From Trichosphaerium sp. ATCC 40318 (taxonomy: Eukaryota > Protista > Tubulinea): a DNA stretch of 64,000 nucleotides. A model generated the notes under the pieces. The model saw only the letters and a list, made by a program, of their open reading frames with translations, made no database searches and was not told the DNA's origin. Position numbers and translations under genes: made by a program. The stretch's first letter is position 1. Each line of letters opens with the position of its first letter. Below, one piece after another: positions 1 through 12,208 of the stretch. The stretch spans positions 1-64,000 of the forward strand of contig JALMLS010000050.1 in NCBI GenBank assembly GCA_038496445.1. Reading direction: 5' to 3'.

Positions 1-328
1 GCGCTTCTTTACAAAAAGTGTTGTAATGTTCATTGACTAGTGTACGCATCTATGCTGTTTGTCGTAAGATTATTCATGACTTTTTTAATTAAATGTAGTA
101 GTTGCCGTATCCCTTTTTCTCCGAGAACAACTACTACGCTTTGATTAGGTTCACATTTGCACCACAACGTGTTTGAGGTGATACGTTAAAAATAAAACTC
201 TGAGAAAAATAACCAACAGTCGCTGAATGCAGTTATCATTTGCATTTCTCAACTTTCCTGGACAAGAAACTACACGAGTTTCAAAAAGACACAAATCATC
301 TACTCAAACCGATTAAACACCTCATCCA

Positions 329-793
329 ATGTTCGACACAATCAGACAACGCTTCAACACATTCTGCAACGTATTCAAGAAGAACAGAAAGCAATCGAAA
401 CCGAAGCACACCACCGACACTGACAATATTCTCGGAGAAGACACCAATGGCACTGTCTACGCTCACACGAACAGTCACAGCCAAGAGACTACGAAGATAA
501 AAGTAGTTCACGATGACCTGCCCAAAACAGAAATCAAACGACACAAGAAGATCCTCCGACGTGCAGCGAAGATCCAGAGCAAGACACATTGTGAAAACAC
601 AGTGCAACCTTCAAAGGAGCTTAAAACCACACCAAAGGGACCAACCGTCACACTACCAATGGCCACAAGCAATACAACCACTTTGGCAACAGACCAGCAA
701 CTCTTGGTGCCTAATCCTTCCGAAGCTGCCGATAATCTGTTTTGTGAAGTGTTTGAAGAATGGGCTCTTGAACAAGGGATAAACTTGTCCTAG
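329..793 (+). CDS. Intronless 154-aa hypothetical protein (Lys/Thr-rich), member of a dispersed repeat family
   Basis: Open ATG-TAG frame. A second, frameshifted copy lies on the minus strand at about 18290-18828. No recognisable domain. Confidence 0.5.
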   Translation: MFDTIRQRFNTFCNVFKKNRKQSKPKHTTDTDNILGEDTNGTVYAHTNSHSQETTKIKVVHDDLPKTEIKRHKKILRRAAKIQSKTHCENTVQPSKELKTTPKGPTVTLPMATSNTTTLATDQQLLVPNPSEAADNLFCEVFEEWALEQGINLS

Positions 794-1242
794 ACTAACT
801 CAAAACAATGAAATAAAAAACTTGTACTTTAATTAATAGACTTTGTTTTCGGTGTGATCGACGCCAGAAACCTTGAATAATTTTTTTTGTAAACTCTCAA
901 GTCATTTTTGCAACAGCGAAGTCATAAAATTGTGCCATTTTCAGTTTTAGCATCTCTTTAGAAAATAAAGGTATTCATTAAAAGTGTTGTACTTTGATAC
1001 AGCCAAGAATCCTTACGCCATAACAGTACATATTATTTTAGGGCGTATAGTATTAGAATGATACTTGGAAGGAGAGGAGGGCGTGGGACGCAAGGAGATG
1101 AAGCATCAAGACAATTTCAAAAATCAATAATACATTTATTTAAGTTCTACAAAAGCTGATTTATGCAATGTGTAATACAAGGCAATCAATCCTTTTTTTT
1201 TGACCTAAGTTTAAACACTCTTTCTTTCTTATGGTTTTTCCT

Positions 1243-4200
1243 CTAAGACTTGTTCGTATGTGATGCGCCGACACGCATATTTGCAGATCCTATAACAAAC
1301 AATTTATTTATTGGTTTCTTGGGAAAAAAAAAAATAAAGCAAGACGTACCTTTGAGTGTTTTTGCTTTGGCCTTGATAACGTCTAACTGTTGTAAACGTT
1401 CGAAAGCACGTTTAGCGAGAAGATGGAAGAATCTAGTTCGTATTTAGAAATGTTGTGGGAGACGTTCAAATGAGAGAGGAGATTGTGAAAGTTGGATAAA
1501 GCAAAAGCTCACCTTCCAGTAATTTCGTCAGAGTACGCAAAAAGAATCTCGAGATAGTATCCATAGAGTGTACTTATTCTTGTATTCTCCGTATCTACGA
1601 TTGCTGAAGCTATAGCAGTTCCTGTAAGGAATGCATCTTCACCGAAAATGCTTCCTTCTCTCAGTACACCAAGTTCAAGAATAGCTACAAAAACAACATT
1701 AACTACAAGATACTCCACGTGCTCATATCGAAAATAAAATATTTTTTACCAAGCAAAAAACTACTATAAAAGAAATGGTGAAACAATAAAGAACGTAGTT
1801 CTTTGCTGTAGAGAGAACTAATCCTTTCACTGCTTGACAATCAATTTTCATTCAAATAATTTGCCTTGAAAAAAAAGAAGAAAAAATCCATACCTCCGTC
1901 TTCTTCGTCATATCTCTCGACCCTAACACTTCCTTCTTGTACTCTATGTATTTATTAATACTGTGTATGAGTTGAGTGTTTTATTCTAATTACCTGAAAA
2001 GCTTTGTGAACTTTTGTTGCTTAGATCCTTGTTCCAATACTACTGAATCTTTAGGTAGGACTTGGTCTGTTGCTCCATCAAGTAAACGCTTCCAGTCTTC
2101 CTTCTTCAAAGATCTCTCAAAACTTACACCAGGTGTTTGTTTAAGTGTCTAAAGCGAAGAAATGTGAGAAAAAAGAACAATGAGAGCTAAGAACTGGGTT
2201 TTTCAATTAGTGTTAGTCACACGTGACAACCACAACGAGTTTCAAAAGGCAAAAAAGGAGTCCAAAAAGAGTGACGAGGAAGGTAAATTCTATCAGAGCT
2301 ACCAATCGATGACGTACACTAGTGCCCATGTATGAACGAATGTCGAAAGAAAAGTTATCCTTGAAATTTATTTTAAAAGAAACAGCGCCCTTAAACCCTT
2401 AAAAAACTCATTAGCGCTGCTAGTATATTTTCATTAACTATGTACGTACCAACAACAGGGAAATAAGGAGTTAATTCGCTACTCATTCCACGTGTTGTTT
2501 CCTTTTCACGGAATTCGTTCAAATTTCTAACTCGTTTTGATGCTCCTCTAGGCAACCGGTTCCAACTATGTACAACCTCTCCATCAAGAGTAGCAAATAT
2601 CTTGCCTGTTGAACGACGCATACCTATACCAACACGACGTCCTTTAGCATACCAAGAATTCTTTGAGTTGTGATTGCTGTTATTGAAAGCGCCTTCTGAA
2701 GAAAACCCATAAGTATCCGGAGCGATGCCTGGCATGTCGTGCTAGGAAGACAGTATAAGCTTACGTTCATTTAAAAATACTCGTATGGGGTCTATTTGTA
2801 CTTACTAGTTCTCTTGGCGATGTGTTTTCGCTAGGTGGTCTTGAGTCTAAGCCAATAATCACAAGACCATCAGTATCAACACTTGTGAGTTCAAGCTCGC
2901 AATAGAAAACATCAGAAACGCCATTATCAGCAAAATTAGGCTGCCTATGTTAAAGAAATCATTAGTGATATATAATCTAAGTTTTAAGTAAAACAGTGTA
3001 CCATGCTCGTGTTGAGTAAACCAAGAAGTAATCGTGACTTCTGTCTTTTTTAAGGTTCGTTGATTTTTCTGATTTTGACAACCCATTCTCTGGTTTAGAT
3101 CTCGTCCTTGATTTCGATGTTTCTGATTTTTCCTCCTTACTAGACTTGCTCGTCTCCTCTTTTGTTGATTTATCTTCCTTTTCTCTAAAAGCAGTACGTT
3201 CTTTGCTTGATCTGCTTGCTTGAAGGTCTTCTTTGCTTGCAATTTTTCTCAATCTGGCCGCGCTCTTCTTGAGGTCACTTATTGTCTTATCTTCGCCTGT
3301 AGACTTATCATCGAGTCCTTTACTAGACCTTGAAACTTTCTCGGATGTATTTTCATCTGATCCTGACTTGCTTGACCGTATTTCTTTACTAGACTTCGAT
3401 TCACTCAATTTATTGCCAAAAGAAAGCGATAGCTTGCTTGAAGAGATTTTGATGATATCAAGCTCAACGCCTGAAGTTGAAAGTATAGCACTCTTTGCAA
3501 GTTGTAGTTTCTTATCAACATTGGAGTTTGCAGAAGATCTTGAGTGTTCCCAAAATGAGTGGATGAAAGGGAAAGCAGGATCAGCGTCTTCGAATTTATG
3601 GAAAATGTACTAAATAGATAAAACAATTAGGAAAGTACTGCTTTTGACATTTTGCATTAATTACCGATTTGTTCTTGTGTAACTGGACACTGATGGCATT
3701 TTTATTAAGCTTCCTTATGCCAACAATATCTTTCCAAGCAATAACTTCCTACACAAATACAATAAACACTCAAACACGTGTATCAAACCAACAAAAACAG
3801 AAAAAAACAAAGCAATCAAGCACGTTACCTTGGACTGAAATAATTTAGAGTTGCTGAAGCACAAGTGATTCTGAGATAAGTACAGGCAACCTGTGGCTCC
3901 AATTGTACCCTTAAGAGCGCACTGGAACGCTATAAAATGTATCAGTATCCAGATTTTAAACCCGAAAAATAATAAAAAAACAAGGATAGTTCTAGTATTG
4001 TCTTTGTCGTACATCGAATGACAACATCCTCAGTAAGGTGAAACCTTTGATTAAATCTCGCATCGAGATTGGTTCTACGCATACCTCTACCGGATACTCT
4101 CTTATCCTCTTGGGACACTGAAAAGTGATAAGAAAAAAATCAAAGTAAATTTTTAACAACTTACTGGCTGGAGCTTGATTGTTTTCTTCAAGTGCTGCTA

Positions 4201-7200
4201 GACTGCGACCAATCGAAAATGCAACATGACCATATAACTTACGGGCAAGGTACTCTTTTTCTCTTACCAACTGAAGAACAAACGGAGTATCCAACTACCA
4301 ACAGTAAGCGCATTTAATCAACAAAAAAAAACAATTAATTACCTCCCACAATTCAACGTTCTTATCAGCAACAATACTTATGCCGCTGTATTGGTTAGGC
4401 GCAGCCATATCTAACAAGCTGTGACAATTACACACTGATCCACGTCCAAGAGATTCCACCCGTATAAGCTTATCCTTCACAAACGACATTTGTCTCACCG
4501 CGCCTGGATACAGAAAACCAAATTAAAAAACAAGTACAACAAAGAAAGTCACTTTAGTACCCGATTTTATGCGATACACTTTTGGGTTGCGTTGAAATTG
4601 CTTAACAATGGTAGCATTCAGTTTGTATGATTTAACGTTAGAGCCTAGAAAAAAGTTATTAGCGACAAGTTTTTGTATAAAATAAAGGTTTTTACCAGCA
4701 GTCAAGATTGCCCAGTCACGCTCGCTTAAGTTATATGAAATAGATCCTGACATAATATCTGGTGTTGCACGTTTATTTGCATCACTAGAAGCAGCAGATG
4801 AGCGCGTTCTAGCACGTTTGTGGAATTTTAACTGCAAAGGAAATTAGCACCAGACGTTTTTCGAAAAATCAGGTTCTCGTACCACACGTGGACTCTTCTC
4901 AGAAAATGCCCTAGATACACTACCACCGCGCTGTAAATTGGCAAAATCCATGCTCTGGCTGCTAGCTTTTGAAGATTTTGGTAGATTAGCTTGTTCCTGC
5001 AATGCAGCATTGTTTTCCTCACCTAACAACGTTAGTATGTTCAATGTAAAGAAAAAGATGTCGTTGTATTCCATCAATAACCAACACGTACGAAGTTTTG
5101 CAATAGCATAAAGAACACCCTCTTCGCGCCATTTTGGTGCTTTAGTGATGTAATCTTGAATCTCCTAATCACAAAAAAAGTTAAACAAAGTTTGATTGAT
5201 GTCTTTTGTCTTCCTTTTTTCATCAATACTTACCGGTACTGCTTTGAAACTATACCTAGCTGTAAACCGCTTGACATCCCATATACGTTTAGCAACTTGC
5301 TCGAGCTTAAACCAATTAATTCGTCCATCCTCAAGCTTTGTTTTAGTAACTTCTTGCAATGGAGCCAATTCCAGACAAATTACAGCTTCACATTTTTTGT
5401 TAGTAAAGAATCTTCATTGTGAATGGTGACGTACACAGTAAGGGTATTGTAGGTAAGTTATTATTTATCTTTGCTAGTTGTGCTCTGTATGTAGCAAACT
5501 TTCCTTCAGCGTTACATAATTTTGTAACACCGTCGAACATATCTTTTATTTTCTTGTCTGTGTTTACAATCTAAAACGAAAACGGATGAGAAATAAAGGT
5601 AGCCAACATAACTTAAATTTATCTAGACTAGACTTATTGGAGTTTTACGTACTTCCCAGACCGATTTGAGTTTACTAATAGCACTCAAGTGAAGCGCGCT
5701 AGCAACAGCCATACATCCATTGAAGTTTCTTAATGTCATCAAGTGCTACGAATTAGATTAGATTCAAAGTTTGACTCTATCTTTTTATACTCACATCTGC
5801 GACAACTATAAAATGAGCAATAATCATAGCAGCTGTTTCTATTTGAAACTGCTTTAAAATTTCTGTAGATACCTAAACAATGTCATGAATTCCAAAACCA
5901 AGAACTTAAAAAAAATTGTTTTGACTTAATTGCGTTGTTGACGACATGTCATGACGTACCCATCTTGAAAAACTGTTTGTAAGGGAAATCAAACCGGATA
6001 AATTAGGTGATCGTTCTGGATAATTAAAAGCACCGTCGTGAAACTCCTAACGCGGTAATTAGTCAGCGAGACGTTTTTTTAACGAAAAAACCGCACTTTG
6101 CTTGAGATTTTACCAAAGTAAGCCTCGCTCATAAGTGTCATTTGTCTCGCAATTTCAACTGGATCCAATTCGGTTACTGTAAACCCAGGTAACGGAACAA
6201 CACTAGTAATAAATAAATAAAGCAAAAAAGTAAACTAAGCATGAGAGAAAAAAAAAATCACGTGATACATACGGAGAAGGGCAATTCCAAAGACCTTTAT
6301 CATCAGGAGGATTTTTTAAATTAGCCAGTTGCTTCTTTGCTTGCATACGTAATTGAGAAGCTGCTTCAGTGTCATCAGCACCAACCATGTCACAGAATGC
6401 GTAAAATTGCCTAAGCAGCGGTTGGTTTTAAAAGAAAAAGAGAACGAAGGTGAATTTAAAAAAAAAGGCATAACGCGGGTATGTAACCAAAGAAAAAGTG
6501 TATTAATGGTCGTACTGCAACAAGGATTCATCCAAAAAGTCGGCACCATCATCAAGGAAGAGCCATTTGCTTACTAAGCTTACAGCAGGATCTTTACCAC
6601 CTAGTTTATTATACCGATCGTGTGTCTTTGTCATAAGGTCCGATGGCGTAATGATATGACGGTACGTTAGGAAAAAATCCCGTACAAAAGTCTTTAGGTC
6701 CCAAGCATCGTTTAAAGTAGCTAGAATAGACGTAAGCGACGAGAGCATATAAAGACAAAAATTAAGGTACAATTAGTAGGCAATGCAGAGAGTGTAATGA
6801 GATCCATGTCAGTAGCTTTTTCAAGAGCCAATAGACCTAAGAATATTAAGGACTTTAGAGCTACAGCGCTTTTTTGTTTGTATCACAACGAACCTTTCTT
6901 AGGCCCTGGTATAAACACGCCCTCAAAGTGTCCTAATGCATTATCATGCAGCCAAGCTAGGTTAAAGCACTTAGATGATTTTACAAGCATTATTAGTCGA
7001 TCAAAAAAAAAAAAAAAGCGAAACATACCTGCTACTTCTTCCTTCGACCATCCTGGAATAGCACCAGATTTCTTTGTTCTAGATTTTGATCGATCCAAAA
7101 CACTTTTCCTATCTCTCTTTTTCTCTTTAGAGCTTCGTCGTTTCTGTTTTCTGGCCTTAGGTGCGTCTAAAGTGTTATTTGAGTTCTGTTTCCGGTGAGA

Positions 7201-7770
7201 TTTAACTTTTTCGGGCTACAAAAAGCACGTTAATCAAGCAGAAGCATATAAACACTAAGTTTGCGCTATCGGTAGCGCATTTTCACACGTAAATATTTTT
7301 TTTGATTAAAATTCGATGTTCTAGCGCAAAGAAGTTAATGGCGTTTATATGTTACCTTTTTATCGTTATGGTTCTTTTTACGACTCTTATCGGAGGTGTC
7401 ATACTGCCCATTTAGCCTACGCGTCAACTCTTTTACTTTCTCTTTTTCTAATTGCAGCTGTATCTCTAAACATGGTATTAGAAAAGTAAATTTAGAAGCG
7501 CAAACAATTGATTAAAATAAAAAACAAAAACAAGCAATATTTAGGCCGTTGATTGCTTTATACTACTTACCAAGCACGGAAACGCGGTTCTTTTGAATCT
7601 CTATAAGGAAAGACTGATGCTCAACCAACTGTATTGATTTTACAAGTTTGCTCTGTAATTTCTCGTAGCGAGCCATCGGCACGCTGGCCTATAATCACGT
7701 GATTAATATAAGACGTATTAAAACTTGCTCCCTTTTTTAAATAGAGGCATACCTGCGGGTCATTAGACAT
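1243..7770 (-). CDS. GbpD-like Ras/Rap GEF: coiled coil, REM, CDC25 RasGEF, cNMP-binding, GRAM, SPRY, cNMP-binding (multi-exon)
   Basis: Spliced translation gives RasGEF motifs (LDPVEIARQMTL, LRNFNGCMAVASALHLSAISKLKSVW, GRINWFKL), CNB-A (LSERDWAILT...VYRIKSG), GRAM (GCLYLSQNHLCF), SPRY (VFYCELEL...MPGIAPDTYGFSSEG...VGIG...YFPVVG) and CNB-B (LGVLREGSIFGEDAFL). ATG at 7770, stop at 1243. Confidence 0.85.
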
Positions 7771-8002
7771 AGAGGCGCGATGGCAAAGTGCCTAATAATT
7801 AAAAAAAAATGTGAAAGAGTCAAAGCAACACAGGCTCTTGGATGAAAGCAATCAAAAAATGAATTTGGTTGATTTTTTTTCAAAGCGATCACAATTCTGG
7901 ATGTAGCGGTAACCAGTAACCACTACCAAGCAATACAGCGCTACTATATAAAAACTCGCATGACACTTAACAAGACGAATTAATTCGGTACTTTAGGTAA
8001 TA

Positions 8003-9328
8003 TTATGTTACAATGAGAGTCCTGCATTCTTGAGCGCACAGAACGCAGATAGAGGATCGTGCGTTACGATGCTCGTATTGAAGATGTGAACTGTTGAGCA
8101 AAAACGGTTTATAATAAGCATACGTACAAACAAACTCAGTCTAGCGCCGCTCAAGGATACTAGTTTTTTGTTCCAGCACACTGATTAACAGTCAAAAAAC
8201 GTTGCAACTTTTTGCCAGCTTTGGCGTCGAAGGTAGTTATAGAAGTCACTAAATCATTTGTTGTGTTAGACTGCTCGGTGGCAGCCTTTAGGAGTTGATC
8301 TACGCCCTTTGTGCGAGGCAATATATGAAGACACACAATGGTTTTGCCGTTACATTGAGCTACTGAAAAGAAAGATGCAACGGTGGCTCCACTCTACAAA
8401 ACATGAATAAGGAGCAACTAAGTTGAAAAGCATGATGGTACCTTCCATTGTAGCATAGCGTTCGCAGGAGAGAATCGGCCAGAGTGTAGCGCTACAGTCC
8501 TCTGTTCTAAGCAATCAAATGGCATCCCGCCGTCTTTCAAGTCCAAGTGTACAGCCTTTAACTATTAATCTACAGCTCCAATACGTTACTTCTATACCTG
8601 GACGCCTTGGAGTGGTTAAAATAAATTAATGCGTTGACCTTTGTACCATCTGCCTGAAATATGCCCATATCGACTGTTCTACTTGTCTAGTAACGAATCA
8701 GTCATATGATCTTGGTACGCCATGGTATTGCGTACGTCTGTGGACAAAGAAAAATCTTCTAGGTCTTTGTATACCCAAGCATGATACATCATATTGAATT
8801 CATCAGTGTTAGAGCCTAAAACAATTACAAACTTATCACGCCTGGCTGTCAACACGCACAAATAAACTTTTGGCACGGTTGCGGCTTCAGGTAACCGTGA
8901 ATCAAAGCGTAGCATTCATATGAGTCGGGCGCTGCATCAGTAGAAAGCTGAAGTGCTTTTACGAGATTTGGTGGCAGTTGTTTGGTTACACAACTGTAGC
9001 TCGTTAACGACAAAATAGATGTTGCTGTCGTACGATAATCCAACGTTTAGGATAGCGTAAAGACACGCAGGGTAATAATCTTCGCCATCTGGCCCATGTC
9101 ACGTTAAGATAAAGTGTTATTTACGTACATACACCTACATGACAGTAAAACGATCAATAAAAAATATCTTGGTGTCCGTACCAACGTGAGGAACGCAAAA
9201 AAGTTAAAAAATGGAAAGAACGTCATGTCAATGGGATCGCTTCCTTTGTGAGACCATTGAAACATTTTATCACCCGAAAAGCCTTGGCCTACCAACGTTT
9301 TGTTTTTTTCTCTCTTTACTTCTGTCAT
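8003..9328 (-). CDS. Hypothetical multi-exon protein (exon structure unresolved)
   Basis: Alternating short GT...AG introns and coding-like segments (e.g. SGATVASFFSVAQCNGKTIVCLHILPR). No family recognised. Confidence 0.4.
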
Positions 9329-9462
9329 TGGCCTACACGCTCCTTTGATTACTTGGGTACAATTTTAAGCTGGTTGACTTTTTTACAGCCTTTTAAATTG
9401 TAGCAGTCAAATCAACCAATAACTCACTCCTTCACAGCGTAAAACTTGCGTTTGTCAATGTC

Positions 9463-11080
9463 ATGGAAGAATCTGCTAGCAAGGTAAAAAATGTTGTTGT
9501 AATAGACAACGGTAGCTATTCGCTGTTTGCTGGATTCGCGGGTAAGCGTATTAGTGTTGCGTTTTTTTAAACGTTTGTTTTTACTTTGAACCAAAGGAGC
9601 TGGTTTACCGAGCCTTGGAATACGAAACGTATGTGGTACGCACAAAGATAAAAACCGACAAGGATTAGGGTGAGCGAAGCAAACTAGCATTAAAACTAAC
9701 AATTACAGCTCTTATGTTGGTCATTCGGAAGAGCTATACAAATCAGACCTCCTTGTCGACTATCCTGTAGAGCATGGCATTATAAAAAACTGGGCCACAA
9801 TGGAGGCACGCAATACGTATTAATACATACTTTAACAACTTCTAGGACTCGTGGCGTCATGCTATTAAGAAAATGCGTGTCAAACCTAAAGAAACGTCTT
9901 TAATTCTCACTGAATCTCCTCTGGTGTCACCAAAGGATAGAGAACGCATAGCAGAGGTACCTAAAAAGTCGCTCATGCCTCAGTAAGCACTAAAACAACA
10001 AAGATAATGTTCGAAAAGTTTGAATTTGCTAGTCTGTATTTAGCAAACCAATCTACAATGGCACTATACGCTCATGGACGCGCTAGCGGTACAGTAATAG
10101 ATGTTGGAGATACATGTACAACAGTAACACCTATAATCGAAGGTACAACTGTTTTGGTTTTTTCCTGTGACTAATATGCCTGAAGGATGGCCTAGTCCAC
10201 CTCAAATTGAGCAATCTCATTTTGGAGGTCGCGATTTGACATCAACGTTTGCAACTATGCTCAACGCTGAGCAAAATCGTAAGTTTACTCTAGACTATGG
10301 TGATTTGGATATTGTCCGCACAATAAAGGAGAAGTCGTGTGCGTTAATACACGCGGTGGATTACAAATTGATTATATTTGTTCAGGTCGAGTTTCATTAA
10401 ATTTATTTGAAGACATGGAATCTGATGCTATTAATCAAAAGACAACTGTACAGATTTCCGAGAGTACGAGTTTGGTTTTTGCCTTTTCAGAGCCTGTACA
10501 ACTCACAATACTTTTCTAGGCGAATCTCTAACGTTCTCTAATGCGCTTACAATAAAGCTTGGCGAATTGATATTTAGACAAAGTATGTTTAATAGTTATT
10601 GAAATTTCATTAATACAAGTTTAGGCGAAGGATACCTTGGATTATCTGCTATGGTTGCTAAAACTCTTGCATCTCCAGAGATAGATAAAAAGAAACTCGT
10701 ACCAGGGATTTTAACTACTTTCGTGGTTGTAGGGGTAAAACGCCTTTAAGACGCAAAGTTTCTTAGCTTTTCTTTTTTAGGGAGGCTCTAATGTAACCGG
10801 CCTTTATGAACGCCTGGAATCTGATCTGGCGAGAACAGCTGTTGATACAAACGCCTGGGGAACCCACACGCCCAGTGTCCTTGCACACCCAACACGAAGG
10901 CAACTTAGGTGCGGAAATAATCCATTGATTTTTTTTTAATTGTTTTACTAACTTGTGCTTAGCTCTTGGATTGGTGGTTCTATTGTAGGCCAGCTGCCTA
11001 GTTTTGAAGACAACATAGTAATGACAAAAGCAAGGTGGGAAGAAAAAGGGCCTTCAGTCGTGCATGCCCTTTGTGTGTAA
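9463..11080 (+). CDS. Divergent actin-related protein (multi-exon)
   Basis: VVIDNGSYSLFAGFAG, YPVEHGIIKNW, LILTESPL, IMFEKFEF, GTVIDVGD, GGRDLT, IKEKSC, SWIGGSIVGQL and WEEKGPSVVH align to actin. One GC-AG intron at 9806-9845. Confidence 0.9.
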
Positions 11081-11278
11081 AAAAAAATATCATTGATGCT
11101 AAACATCAAAAATCTGTATTTGTAAGAATATTCTACAAAGAATCGAGTGGTATAAATGACTCAATCGTGAACATTTTTCTAAAAACTGTGGTAACGGTGT
11201 TCATGTTTTCAGTTAAGGCCACCCCCAAGTATGCTACGTATTTTACAACGCTCGCATAAGGTATCACAAGTGAGGGGC

Positions 11279-12099
11279 ATGTCAACCAAGCAGGATTCAG
11301 AGGTGTTTGATATATTTAGCCCAGAAAACGTTAAAGTAGGCACAGCATTGCGTGGGGTACGCGTAAAACTGTTAATAGCGCTATAATACATTTATTCAAG
11401 CAATTAGGATGTTCATAAGCAAGGATTGCTACACAGGGCAGTACATACAATCTTGGTGAATAACAAAGGTGAGATACTGTTGCAAAAACGCGCAAAATGG
11501 AAAAAAATTTGTCCAGACTTGTGGGACTTATCAGTATGTGCATTGAAACCACTAGCTAGCAGTGATATTGTTTTTGTTAAACCTGTTGCATTAGACAGCT
11601 GAGCATTTACAACCAAATGAAAGTTTTGTATCAGCATCTGCACGTGGCTTAGATGAAGAGCTCAACATCAAGGGCGTCAAAGAAGACTCCCTCAAGCTTA
11701 TCAGAGACACTAGATTATTTTCATCAGTATACCCAGAAGCTGGAATAAAAGACAACGAATTTCTACAGGTTAGACAAACGATTTTTTTTTTGCATCAAAT
11801 CTTCGACATTAAAACGCATATTGATTGCGCTCTCGATTGATATTTTTTTGTATCTTTTAGTTGGAATGGATTGATTTGTGTTTCGTGTAAAGTGTAGAGG
11901 ACTTATCCACTTGCTTTAGACTTTTCGCTTGGACTGGTCAGGGAACGTTAAAGTTGATAATGACGAAGTTTCAGAAGCGAGGTGGATTTCCCTCACCGAT
12001 CTCATAGAAGAAATCAAAAAGAGCCCAAATAAGTTTACGCCGTGGTTTCTTGATGAAGTGCATCACTTTGAAAAAGTAGAGTTTGAGCCTCTTCGTTGA
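11279..12099 (+). CDS. Nudix hydrolase, IPP-isomerase-like fold but lacking the IDI catalytic Cys
   Basis: VHKQGLLHRAVH...ILLQKRAKWKKICPDLWDLSTAEHLQPNES...ARGLDEEL...EVSEARW...FTPWF; three introns. Confidence 0.8.
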
Positions 12100-12208
12100 T
12101 GCCTCTATCTTCGCTTAGTAACATTAAGTCAGTGTTGTTTTATAAACTTTATAAACAAAAAAAACTATTTTACGTACAAGACCACGGAGGTTTAAAAATT
12201 ATCTGGAA

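Noticed and set aside
1687-1722. Apparent GC donor (GCACGT) on the minus strand
   Set aside because: The frame is better explained by a single GT-AG intron 1687-1893 (EEDG/AILELG).
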